DNA of 64,000 nt from Microgenomates group bacterium (GTDB taxonomy: Bacteria; Patescibacteriota; Microgenomatia; UBA8517), in the NCBI GenBank assembly GCA_049301455.1, contig JBAQKY010000020.1, positions 10,184 through 74,183 of the forward strand, in the 5' to 3' direction. The position numbers and the translations under genes were made by a program. This document shows, one piece after another, positions 40,680 to 50,118 of this stretch (within the stretch, counting starts at the first letter, position 1; each line of letters starts with the position of its first letter). The notes beneath the pieces were generated by a model, which saw nothing but the letters and a program-made list of their open reading frames with translations, ran no database searches and was not told the origin of the DNA.

Positions 40680-43394
40680 CTACTTTGTCATAAAACCTTC
40701 AGACCATATAAAATTCTTAGGATATAGACTTTGATAATTTGTAGCACAAGTGTCCCACGATGGGCTACTGTTTACTTGTAATGCAGCCGCTTCTGCCATT
40801 GCTTCTTGCTGCGCTTCTACAGAAACACCAACTGTTGCAGGATATGTACATAATCCGTTACCTTTAAGTTCCCATGCTGATCCGGATGCAAGATACCCGA
40901 CAAAATGTGAAGCGTTTATTCTTTGTATGTGGTGTGTTAATTCATGAGTAATCATGAATGCAGCATCTAGTTCATCTCTATTGCTTTTAAATGGTCCATC
41001 GTTGAAGTATACATCGCAACCATCTTTGTATTTGTTGTGTATATGCCAAGCATATAAATCTGGGTCTATTTCTGAAGGTTTGTAACATAAGTTTATTGTT
41101 TCGTTCTTTGGGCAAGCTTTTGCGGTAAAACCTTGGTACTGAGATAATATTCCTAGTCCAGCTTCAGCTTTTGATCTAATACTTGAAGGCCATGCATCTG
41201 CGTTATTTGATACAACAGCACAATTTGCAGGACATTCACCAATACAAACTGAGGCGGAACCTGAAGTTGTCACTTCTGTGCCATCTTCGGCTGTTGCAGT
41301 AAACGTAATCGAATCGTAGATTAATGAATCTGAATATTCTGAATCATAAATACCTGTAAAACTAAAACTATGAGGTTCGTTAGGTGAAATTGACTCGTTA
41401 GTTATTTCTGGAAATACTTCTCTCGGACACGGAGGTGCATCCACTTTATCTTTTTTGATAACATTACATTCTGAATCTGTGATGTTCACATTAGTTAAAT
41501 TTCCTTTTAACGCTTTAACTGTGACAACGTAAATAACAGTTTGGTTTGAGTTTGAATTATCAAGTTTTGTTGGATTTGCAGTTTTTGTTACTAACATATA
41601 CGGATTATCGGCGCCCCCGTCTAGTGATGAAGAATATGGGCTTGGTGGGACAATATAGGCACCACTATTGATTATAAAAAGAACAAAGGTAGTAAGTACT
41701 GGTACCACAATAAATAATATAATCATTGGTCCTGCAAGTGAAATAATAATTCTTGACCAAACAAATCTAATTAAATTTAAAGTTCCAAACACTGCGGCGG
41801 TTGTAACACCAACACCAATTGTACCTGCTATCACAACACTTGCTAAGCCTAAAGCTATAAGGGGTCCAAATAACGGAAGTGCTCCAAAAAAAGCCATACC
41901 TCCAAAAATTAATGCAGCTTTATCTGGATTTTTCTTTATCCATTGCTTAATTTTAGATAATAGCTCGGTTCCTAACCAAACTAGTGCTGTTTGTAGTGGA
42001 TTTAGACCCCCTAAAACCGTAGCCGCAATTTCAGAAGTAACACCCTTTTTAACAGCTGAGGCCATCATCGTTCCCGAGGCTTTAGATAAAAAGTTATCTG
42101 AAATTAAAGTTAGAACAGAACCTGCTAAACCTGTTTGTATTGTTTGTTCTGCTAAAGCAGTAGTTGGGTTATTATTTTCTAATACAGTGGTTACCCAAGG
42201 ATTAGCTTCAAATTCTGTAAAAACAAGAGCCTTTGGTCTTTGTAGTCCAAATTTTTCAATAATAGCATTTATTTTGTCAACTTCGCTTTCTGGTTTTTTT
42301 GACTTTGTAATATTAGCTTCTTCCTTCTCTGTGAAGGAAACAATTCTTGAGTAAATAACAGAATCTGGCCTTTCATTCTCTTCAAATTCATTTAATAATC
42401 TTCCTTGATTTATTAAAAGGCTTCTGTAATTTGTGTTTATTGCCTCAATGCTTATTTCATAACTTGACCCTGGTTGTTGATTTGCAGTTAAAATGACGAC
42501 TAAGTTTTCTGGTCCATAGACTGTTTCAGCAACAGAGTTCCCATACATTTGTGCTACCGTTTGTCTCCCAAGAAGGAATAAGGATCTTTCGTTTAAAGAT
42601 AATGCCACAGATCCCCTTTTGGCCGTTTCTATTAATTCGTTTTCTAAAGTATTTTCAAATAAATCTGTGTGTCCTACTGCGTCTAATATTTTTGAATTTA
42701 TATTATGTTCTATTGTGGGATTGTTGGCTTGAGAGAGAATTCCAACAGCTACCGACCTTGCAAATATTTGCTTTTCTTTTTCATTCTGGTTTTTGAATTG
42801 TTCATCAGAAAGTTGGTCTTTGATTTTTTCAGCTAATTCATCAACATTTTCAGATTTTAGCTTCTCATGTAGAACCTTTTGGTTATCATTTAATTCTGGG
42901 GTTTCAATTTTTCCAACAGTTGCATAAATTTTTTTGCCTTTTAATTTTTCTTCGGCTAGTTTTACTCTCTCTGTTTCTTGTTGAATTCTCTTTTGTTCTT
43001 CATTAAAAATTTCTTTTTTTCTATCAACAGATCTCGCGACATCTCTTTGTGCTGTATCTCTAGCCTCTTGCGATTGAGCTTTTCTTTTCTCAAAAGATTC
43101 GATTTTACTTTCTAAATCACCACCTGTTGTTCCGTTTGGTCCAATAGGTGCTTCGTGTTCTGCATTTATCTCTAACTTAATTGTTTCTATCCAGCTTTCA
43201 ATTAATAATCCTAAATTTTCTCCTGAAGCTGATTCTGGAACATTAAACCTTCTCAAATATTTTCTTGCTTCATCAATTGGAACTTCTTTGTTTGCTTCGT
43301 GAGCCTTAATTATTTGCAAAGCTTCCAACAAATTTGCTAACGGTTCATTTTTAGGAGCTGGAATTTCTAGTATTTTTTTTAGTTCATCGTCCAT
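40680..43394 (-). CDS. giant multidomain membrane protein: N-terminal coiled-coil, central polytopic segment, C-terminal Cys-rich extracytoplasmic zincin-like (HExxH, DUF4157-like) domain
   Basis: 904 aa. Lys/Glu-rich N-terminus with coiled coils, about 6 TM helices in aa 430-580, and a C-terminus with more than 10 Cys and FMITHELTHHIQR (HExxH), preceded by YFNDGPF as in DUF4157 zincins. Confidence 0.5.
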   Translation of the reverse strand: MDDELKKILEIPAPKNEPLANLLEALQIIKAHEANKEVPIDEARKYLRRFNVPESASGENLGLLIESWIETIKLEINAEHEAPIGPNGTTGGDLESKIESFEKRKAQSQEARDTAQRDVARSVDRKKEIFNEEQKRIQQETERVKLAEEKLKGKKIYATVGKIETPELNDNQKVLHEKLKSENVDELAEKIKDQLSDEQFKNQNEKEKQIFARSVAVGILSQANNPTIEHNINSKILDAVGHTDLFENTLENELIETAKRGSVALSLNERSLFLLGRQTVAQMYGNSVAETVYGPENLVVILTANQQPGSSYEISIEAINTNYRSLLINQGRLLNEFEENERPDSVIYSRIVSFTEKEEANITKSKKPESEVDKINAIIEKFGLQRPKALVFTEFEANPWVTTVLENNNPTTALAEQTIQTGLAGSVLTLISDNFLSKASGTMMASAVKKGVTSEIAATVLGGLNPLQTALVWLGTELLSKIKQWIKKNPDKAALIFGGMAFFGALPLFGPLIALGLASVVIAGTIGVGVTTAAVFGTLNLIRFVWSRIIISLAGPMIILFIVVPVLTTFVLFIINSGAYIVPPSPYSSSLDGGADNPYMLVTKTANPTKLDNSNSNQTVIYVVTVKALKGNLTNVNITDSECNVIKKDKVDAPPCPREVFPEITNESISPNEPHSFSFTGIYDSEYSDSLIYDSITFTATAEDGTEVTTSGSASVCIGECPANCAVVSNNADAWPSSIRSKAEAGLGILSQYQGFTAKACPKNETINLCYKPSEIDPDLYAWHIHNKYKDGCDVYFNDGPFKSNRDELDAAFMITHELTHHIQRINASHFVGYLASGSAWELKGNGLCTYPATVGVSVEAQQEAMAEAAALQVNSSPSWDTCATNYQSLYPKNFIWSEGFMTK

Positions 43395-43397
43395 GTT

Positions 43398-45254
43398 TTA
43401 TTCTTGTCTATTCCACGCTTTAGTGTTTGGCATTGTTGATGCTGGATTGTCTTGTGGTTTTGTATTAATTAATTGATGTTCTGCTTCACTAGCAACAATT
43501 CTAATAGGAGCATGGTGTGGTCCTGCAAAGAATATTCCCTCCCCTACATTTGCAGCCATTAGAAGTTGTTTTTCTCCTTGTGAAAGGTAAAAGATCTCCC
43601 CTAGTTTGTCTATTGCTGTTGGTGATTGCTTCAAAAGTAGCCTTAACGCAGAGTTTGTAACAATGGCTTTACCAATATCTTGGCCAAGGAAGTCTTCGAC
43701 GTCCTGAGTGATAGTTGTTAAGCCTAGATAGTACTTTCTGGCTCTTTTTACAACAGACCAAAGGAATTGTGCAGTATCTGGATATTTCATCATTTGCCAT
43801 GCCTCTTCAACAATTAAGATTCTTCTTTTTATATCTCTTTTGACTCTGGTCCAGATATAGTCAAGAATCATAAACATGATAATTGGGCGGATTGCATCTT
43901 GAATATCTTTAACAGAAAAAACAGTAAACGGATTATTTAGATCTATGTTTGTTTGTTTATCAAAAATACCTTGGAATGAACCTCTAATAAACTTTTCAAT
44001 ACGTGAGGCAAGATCAAGTGCTTCTGGAACTTCCATACCAATTAATGTTTTATAAAGATCCTCCATTAATGGTGGTTCTTTTGTTTGTGTTACTGGGTCA
44101 TTAGTTATTCCTTTTGCTTTATAAGTCATAATTAAAGCCCTATCAAGCATAGCTTCTTGTGTTGGAGTAATTTGGCCCATTATAACTTTCATCAAAGAAT
44201 GAAGTGATAATATCTTTAGTCCTAGTTGGTTCTCACCTTCTTCTTGTATTTGTGTTAAATCGAATGGATTGATTTTTGAAGGGCTATTATAAGAGAAAGC
44301 GATGTATTGACCGCCTACAGCATCACAAAGGGCTTTATACTCTGCTTCAGGGTCTAGAATGATAACTTCTGAGCCGATCATTAACGACCTAACTGCTTCT
44401 GTTTTGACAAAATAACTTTTACCAGCACCTGAAGTAGCAAAGACTGTCATGTTTCCATTTTCCAAACTAAATCTATCAAAAATAATAAATGATTCGTTTT
44501 GTGAGTTTATGCCATACAAAATTCCTTTGTCTGAAGAAAGCTCAGCCGATGTAAATGGAAAAGTAGTAGCTACTGAGGTGGTATCCATATTTCTAGTGAT
44601 TGAAAGCCTGTCTTGCCCATATGGGGCTGTTGAAAGAAAACCCATTCGTTGATCAAGTGTTGCATTTTTAGCAACAATAAGAAGCGATCCAAGTGTTGAC
44701 ATTACCTGCCTCGAAACGTTATTAAGCTCATCAACTGTGTTTGCTGGAATAGTTATGTAAAAAGAGAACTCGTAATATCTTTCAATGCCTTTAACAAGTT
44801 GTTCTTGTAATGCCCTTGCATCTTCGAGCTTGGCGGTAGTTGATGGGTCAACAATCCTTCCTCTTTGGATATCTGTTGATAGTTCAGCCTCCATTTCGGC
44901 AATTTTGCGACGAAGATCATCAAGAACTGATTTACCAGCTACAGGATAAATATAAAAACTCATATCGAGTGAGGAGTTAAAATTAACAACAGGTTCAAGC
45001 CAACCAGGTGCAACAAAACGTGGGTAACCTGCGATAAATATTGTTCTGTAGTAAACGTTGTTAACTTTTACATAATCAAAATCAACTTCGACATGGTCAG
45101 ATGAAATCACATCGTGTAGTGTCATTTCTCCGCTTGCAACAATTAAGTTAGGATTTGTTATCTTTGGCTTTACTGATTCAGTGTATTTTGCATCCCCTGT
45201 CTCGAGTGGCTTGTTTTGGTCAGTTGCCTGTGTTGTGTTTGTATTGTTTTGCAT
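43398..45254 (-). CDS. VirB4/TrbE/CagE-family type IV secretion ATPase (ATPase domain)
   Basis: Walker A FATSGAGKSYF, Walker B plus DEAW motif (RILIVEEAWQMM), no TM, 618 aa. Confidence 0.7.
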   Translation of the reverse strand: MQNNTNTTQATDQNKPLETGDAKYTESVKPKITNPNLIVASGEMTLHDVISSDHVEVDFDYVKVNNVYYRTIFIAGYPRFVAPGWLEPVVNFNSSLDMSFYIYPVAGKSVLDDLRRKIAEMEAELSTDIQRGRIVDPSTTAKLEDARALQEQLVKGIERYYEFSFYITIPANTVDELNNVSRQVMSTLGSLLIVAKNATLDQRMGFLSTAPYGQDRLSITRNMDTTSVATTFPFTSAELSSDKGILYGINSQNESFIIFDRFSLENGNMTVFATSGAGKSYFVKTEAVRSLMIGSEVIILDPEAEYKALCDAVGGQYIAFSYNSPSKINPFDLTQIQEEGENQLGLKILSLHSLMKVIMGQITPTQEAMLDRALIMTYKAKGITNDPVTQTKEPPLMEDLYKTLIGMEVPEALDLASRIEKFIRGSFQGIFDKQTNIDLNNPFTVFSVKDIQDAIRPIIMFMILDYIWTRVKRDIKRRILIVEEAWQMMKYPDTAQFLWSVVKRARKYYLGLTTITQDVEDFLGQDIGKAIVTNSALRLLLKQSPTAIDKLGEIFYLSQGEKQLLMAANVGEGIFFAGPHHAPIRIVASEAEHQLINTKPQDNPASTMPNTKAWNRQE

Positions 45255-45266
45255 GTCTTTTTTTTG

Positions 45267-46133
45267 TTAAATATCTTTCTTAACTGCTGGTGGTTCAGGA
45301 TTATTTATCTGATAATAGAGATCAACTAGTTCACTTGTGGTTAGCTGTTTTAATTTTAAACCTAATCTACTAGCCTGTCGTATTAAATGGTCTCGTTTTG
45401 GAAACAATGTCACTTTTGCTTTTTTAACAACATAGTCTTTTGGAAATGGCAAAGGTCCTCTTTTTAGTGCTGTCATTGCTGATTTTGTTACCCCTAATTC
45501 TAAAGAGTTAAAAGGAATTACAATGAAAAATCTTTTACCCAAGACTGTTTTTTTCTTAATAGACTCTGTTATGAAATGTCTGTAGTCATCAGTTATAGCT
45601 GCAAGTTTAGGATTTGTGATTTTTTTAGATGCTTCATCAAAAAATCTTATATATCCAGAGATATCTTTTCTTTGAGTTCTGACCATGATTTGAATTGAAA
45701 AAGAAAGTGAATTAATTAGCGCGGCATATGCTGCTACTACTGCACCCTGTTCTTTTTCAGATAATAATCCAAAGTTTAAGGATGATGTTTCGAGAACAAT
45801 TGCTGCACCACCATCTTTATATAAAACCACATCATCAACAATGTCTGATATTGGTAGATGGTCTTGTGTGGTTGAAACAAGTGGCATATCAGGTGTGCCA
45901 AAATATGGTATTTTTGATACTAACTTTGCAAGGTTTTCTTTCCAGTTAGGCGATATCCCGTTGGTTTTTGGGGTGGTTGTGGTAGCATTTTCCATTTTTG
46001 GATTTTGGGTTGTTGATGTGGCTGCTTGTTCCGGCGTTACTTGAACAGAAACAGACTCTTTTTTATTTTCAACAATTGGAAGATTTGCTGGAACTGTTTG
46101 GTTGTTGTTTTGTAAATTTTGTGTATTGTCCAT
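45267..46133 (-). CDS. VirB4 N-terminal-domain-like protein (probable split N-domain of the downstream ATPase)
   Basis: 288 aa. HLPISDIVDDVVLYKDGGAAIVLETSSLNFGLLSEKEQ resembles the VirB4 N-domain opening (start of mating-pair-formation ATPases). Combined size with the next gene is about 906 aa, near full-length VirB4. Confidence 0.4.
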   Translation of the reverse strand: MDNTQNLQNNNQTVPANLPIVENKKESVSVQVTPEQAATSTTQNPKMENATTTTPKTNGISPNWKENLAKLVSKIPYFGTPDMPLVSTTQDHLPISDIVDDVVLYKDGGAAIVLETSSLNFGLLSEKEQGAVVAAYAALINSLSFSIQIMVRTQRKDISGYIRFFDEASKKITNPKLAAITDDYRHFITESIKKKTVLGKRFFIVIPFNSLELGVTKSAMTALKRGPLPFPKDYVVKKAKVTLFPKRDHLIRQASRLGLKLKQLTTSELVDLYYQINNPEPPAVKKDI

Positions 46134-46160
46134 ATTTATATTTTATATTAGCAATTTCAT

Positions 46161-47210
46161 TTATATTTTAGCTCCTTTAATTGCGATAGGTGGAATCATT
46201 TCTCCCACAGCATCAAACGAAACAGGTTCAAATTTAAAGCCATCTTTTTCAGTTGTTACCTCGTATTTTCCATTAGCAAGTGGGGTAACAATAATGAAAT
46301 GCCCGGCCTTATTACTTTTTAATGCTCTAACAGGTCTACCTGCAGAATCTTTTATTTCTAGAATTGCCCCCTCAACTATTTTTCGATCCGCGTCCATTAC
46401 TTGACCTACAATTGTGTTTATTGCAATTGGAGGTGATGGTGGAGCTGCATCTACTGAAAATTCTACAGTGCTTGATGTAATTTCTTTCTCTTCTATCTTT
46501 TGACCGTCAATATTTGTTATCTCAGCTTGCGGTGTGTTTAGTGGTGCAGACTCCTGAACAACTAACTTTGGTGCAGATTTTGTGATTACAGTTGGAACTT
46601 GTTGTGGAACTGTTAGTGGAGCAGGAGTAGGTGGTATTGCTTTATTTGGTTCAGGGTTTTGTGTTTGGATAGTTGTTGGTGACACAAAAGGTGCAGTTGG
46701 GGCAGTAGGATTATTAATATGTTGTGTTTGAACGACAGAGGTTTGTACTGGTGTGCTTGCAGGAGTATTTGAAACGTTCCATAGTCCTCCAATTTTTGAA
46801 AGGAATGACTTTTCAGCATCCTCTAAATTGGTAGTGTTTTTGTCTGTAGTTTGACTGTTTGGTGTGGGAATTGTTGTGATTGTAGGAACAACAGCTTCTT
46901 CTGTGTAGAAAACTGGTGGTTTATCTGTTTTTTTCCAAGTATATAAAGTAGGGGAATAAATACTTCTGAAAAAAGCAATAATCCATTTTTCTAATGGGCG
47001 TTCTTGAAACGGTAAAAAGGCCATTGCTGCACCCATACCTGCAAAAAACAAAATCAAAGGCCATTTAATGATTGGGTGGAGTGGGGTGGAATAGAAAATT
47101 AAAGAAATAATAACACCACCAGCAACTTGAAAAAATTGTTTTAGAGTCATATCTCCTACTAATTTGAATTGATATGAACTTATCTGTTGTGGTATTGGGT
47201 GTTGCTCCAT
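46161..47210 (-). CDS. PrgI/VirB3-like small-membrane N-terminus fused to Pro/Thr-rich linker and C-terminal carboxypeptidase-regulatory-like (Ig-fold) domain
   Basis: N-terminus IPQQISSYQFKLVGDMTLKQFFQVAGGVIISLIFY with 2 TM helices matches the PrgI family opening. C-terminus GQVMDADRKIVEGAILEIKDSAGRPVRALKSNKAGHFIIVTPLANGKYEVTTEKDGF is CarboxypepD_reg-like. Confidence 0.45.
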   Translation of the reverse strand: MEQHPIPQQISSYQFKLVGDMTLKQFFQVAGGVIISLIFYSTPLHPIIKWPLILFFAGMGAAMAFLPFQERPLEKWIIAFFRSIYSPTLYTWKKTDKPPVFYTEEAVVPTITTIPTPNSQTTDKNTTNLEDAEKSFLSKIGGLWNVSNTPASTPVQTSVVQTQHINNPTAPTAPFVSPTTIQTQNPEPNKAIPPTPAPLTVPQQVPTVITKSAPKLVVQESAPLNTPQAEITNIDGQKIEEKEITSSTVEFSVDAAPPSPPIAINTIVGQVMDADRKIVEGAILEIKDSAGRPVRALKSNKAGHFIIVTPLANGKYEVTTEKDGFKFEPVSFDAVGEMIPPIAIKGAKI

Positions 47211-47311
47211 TAATTAATCGTACTATGTGAAGGTTTTGGCGCAACTGTTGGCTTATTTTCACAAGGGTTGGAAATGAAATAAATATCATAAAAATGATAT
47301 AATTCACGTAT

Positions 47312-49501
47312 ATGGCAGAAGGTAGACCTGGTGTCGATGGCAAAAGTATAAATACTGATGTTGCAAGTTTTACTCCAAGAGATGGCGTGATTTCTGTTGG
47401 GGCTAAAGACGCTGTAACAGGAGCTCCAGTACAAGCTGAAGCTCTTTCTTCTGGTGATTCAGATAGATTCAGGAAGCTTTCTGAAACAAAGGAAGTAAAA
47501 TCAAAAAGCAACCCTGAAAACCCAAACGCGACCAAGAAAAATGGAGAGTATAAACAAACCAACAATAAACCTGAAACTAAACATACTCAAAAAGAGGCTC
47601 CTATGAAAAGCGAATATTCTAGTGATAATAATAGTAAAGTTGATGAAAAGAAAGAGAAAGGTGTTAAATCAGAAGAAGACTTTGGGTCTATGGATTTTTC
47701 TGAACTCAATAGTTTACGAAGGAATTTTACGATAGAGGGGACGAGGAGACAAAACGCTGAAGACGAGTTTAACCGGAGGGTCAAAAATTTTACAAATTTG
47801 AGAGAAGGCGAAATTGTTGGAGAGATAAGACATACATATTTAAATTTAGTAAGAAATACCAATTGGGATGGTTTGTTTGGAGCAATCACTACTGCCGCAA
47901 CAGAGCTTGAATCCTCTTTTGCTAGATCAGTAGAAGGGCAAAAACACCCCGAACTTAGAGGGGTGATTACAGAAGTGCTTCGAGTAGAAAGGGCACAGCT
48001 TTTACTAGAAGGAATGAGAAGGCGCGGTATTAGAGATACTAACACTCAATGGTTAACAACGCATGGGTATACGCCAACTGAAATATCTAGATTTAGAGAG
48101 CTATCACTTCCTATTAATGCGGTATTGGACCTTGAAAGAACTCCTATTAATACTTTGGCAAATATGGTTGGACAAGACCTTGTTGTTAATGTACCTCAGC
48201 CATCATCCCTTTCTGCTGCAGAGATGGAAAATGCTGTTCAAAGAGGAACGGAAAAAGCAATAAATGCCCCAAGCATAGAAGCAGAAAGACAAGCTTTTAG
48301 AACAGCTGAGTATCAGATGGTAAGTGTTCCTCCTGTAGATTCTAGAACTAAATTTTTACTAACTGCAGAAAATCGTGAAATATTGATTTGGGACGCTAGG
48401 GCAAAACTCTCAAGAGCCTGTGCAATTAAAATGTCTGGAGGAATGAATGAAATTGCAAACAACCCTGAAGCTAAGACATTTACAAACGAGCAAGAGCAAT
48501 TGTTACTGTCAGTCCCAGGAGTACTGGAAGCGATCTCTTTAGAGGCATATCTAATAGTTAATGGTGCTGAGATGAACGCTGCCCTTAAGAACAATGGACC
48601 GGAATTACCAGAAACGATATTTGATATTACAGAAGAAGGAGCTCTTTCTAGGATGAGGCAAGCTAAGGTCGATTGGTTGATGACATATAGAAATTTAAAT
48701 GAAGACCAAGCAAAAGATGCTGAAGCAATATCGAGGAATTTTGTTTATTTAAACGATTTAGTTGAAGACTTTGATTCTAAGGCTGATAAAAACGATAAAC
48801 GGACAAAAGAAGATCATAAATATATTCCGAACTCGATGCCAAAATTAAAATCGGTAGCAGTTCATCAGACAATGCATTTACAAGAGAGACTTGAAGCAAA
48901 AAACAAAGGTGATTCAAACTGGTCTGCGTTAGGAGCATACGCAAACAGCCACCCAAAACAAATAGAAGGTCTATTGCCTCTTAATTTATTTAAAAGCGCG
49001 TTGGAAATTGGTAGAGATCAAAATTCAATAGATCATACTAGAAAGATTGGACCTCCTGACAATGAAGGAGTATCACTACTTGAAGTGTTTGTAGGAAATG
49101 GGGTTAAACTAGCCGTTGATCCTAGGAATATTAATTTAGTGATGCCTGCGATCTCACATCCAAATGCTAGAGAAGGTAGGCTTAGTGGTTATTGCGCAGT
49201 AACTTTAAGTGCTGCTGCAACTGTTTTAGGCTCACTTAGTAAGCCTAACGAAATTGTTAATTCTAAAAACTGGGCTCCGTTGGGGGATGCATTTAGAGAT
49301 TTAGATGTTGATCCGAAATATAGGCAGAACATTGCAATTGCAATTGTCGGGGTTAACACCTCTCCGTTTGCACTTGGTTTTGGACCCGCAATAGGTTGGG
49401 GTAAGTGGTGGGAATATAGAAGAAAAGAAATTGAAAGATCTGACCCCAACTTTTTCAGTTGGTCTTGGGGAAAGGCATTCCGCAAGATATTTGGGAAATA
49501 A
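47312..49501 (+). CDS. hypothetical soluble 729-aa protein, compositionally distinct (higher GC, Arg/Ala/Glu-rich), no TM or signal peptide
   Basis: The only plus-strand gene inside the minus-strand T4SS-like block; divergent from the PrgI-like gene. No ATPase or relaxase motifs found. Confidence 0.5.
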   Translation: MAEGRPGVDGKSINTDVASFTPRDGVISVGAKDAVTGAPVQAEALSSGDSDRFRKLSETKEVKSKSNPENPNATKKNGEYKQTNNKPETKHTQKEAPMKSEYSSDNNSKVDEKKEKGVKSEEDFGSMDFSELNSLRRNFTIEGTRRQNAEDEFNRRVKNFTNLREGEIVGEIRHTYLNLVRNTNWDGLFGAITTAATELESSFARSVEGQKHPELRGVITEVLRVERAQLLLEGMRRRGIRDTNTQWLTTHGYTPTEISRFRELSLPINAVLDLERTPINTLANMVGQDLVVNVPQPSSLSAAEMENAVQRGTEKAINAPSIEAERQAFRTAEYQMVSVPPVDSRTKFLLTAENREILIWDARAKLSRACAIKMSGGMNEIANNPEAKTFTNEQEQLLLSVPGVLEAISLEAYLIVNGAEMNAALKNNGPELPETIFDITEEGALSRMRQAKVDWLMTYRNLNEDQAKDAEAISRNFVYLNDLVEDFDSKADKNDKRTKEDHKYIPNSMPKLKSVAVHQTMHLQERLEAKNKGDSNWSALGAYANSHPKQIEGLLPLNLFKSALEIGRDQNSIDHTRKIGPPDNEGVSLLEVFVGNGVKLAVDPRNINLVMPAISHPNAREGRLSGYCAVTLSAAATVLGSLSKPNEIVNSKNWAPLGDAFRDLDVDPKYRQNIAIAIVGVNTSPFALGFGPAIGWGKWWEYRRKEIERSDPNFFSWSWGKAFRKIFGK

Positions 49502-49517
49502 AAATAGGTATTTACTA

Positions 49518-50111
49518 TTAAAAAATAAAAGGGAACATTTTTTTAGTTGAGTTTTTGTAAATTTGATATTCTTTACCATAATATTTCATCAATAACTCTT
49601 CTTCTTTGTTAATGTGATTGTTCATAATCAAAAACAAAAAAATAAACATCGGCAAAAATAGCCAACTGTTTACAATCAACTCATATCCCACACATTGTAA
49701 AATAATTGACATGTAAATTGGATGTCTTGAATATTTAAAGATTCCGTCTTTAACCAATTTTTGGTTATTTTTGATTCTATAGTAAGCTAAGGCCGTCCAA
49801 GAATACCCCAGATCCTTTAATGCTTTTATTGAAATATAAACCCCATTGAGAACAAAAACATATCCAATTGTTATGACTACGGTTTGAGTGTATTTGCTGT
49901 TAAATATTGGTAGTAAAGTAAAAAAAAATTGAAAAGTGAATAATATAATTATTGTACAGAGAATTATAAAAACAATAAGCATCTGTTTTGATTTATATTC
50001 TCCTTCAATCAATGTATCTTTGCTGTTGTAACTTGGTTGTTTTCTCCAAATAACAGCTTGAGAAAGGATGACTAAAACTGCAGGTATAATATATAAAGAG
50101 TTTTCTAGCAT
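49518..50111 (-). CDS. isoprenylcysteine carboxyl methyltransferase (ICMT/PEMT-like) family membrane methyltransferase
   Basis: KDGIFKYSRHPIYMSIILQCVGYELIVNSW (RHPxY...E signature), 4-5 TM helices. Confidence 0.65.
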   Translation of the reverse strand: MLENSLYIIPAVLVILSQAVIWRKQPSYNSKDTLIEGEYKSKQMLIVFIILCTIIILFTFQFFFTLLPIFNSKYTQTVVITIGYVFVLNGVYISIKALKDLGYSWTALAYYRIKNNQKLVKDGIFKYSRHPIYMSIILQCVGYELIVNSWLFLPMFIFLFLIMNNHINKEEELLMKYYGKEYQIYKNSTKKMFPFIF

Positions 50112-50118
50112 ATATTAA

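Noticed and set aside
41668-42354. 228-aa plus-strand ORF inside the 904-aa minus-strand gene
   Set aside because: It is antisense to the TM-rich segment of a long intact ORF. The Ile/Ala/Pro-rich translation is the mirror of the hydrophobic helices. No independent signals.
47065-48045. Minus-strand ORFs (166, 74, 152 aa) overlapping the 5' part of the 729-aa plus-strand gene
   Set aside because: They are antisense shadows with Ser/Leu-rich low-complexity products. The plus-strand frame is long and uninterrupted.
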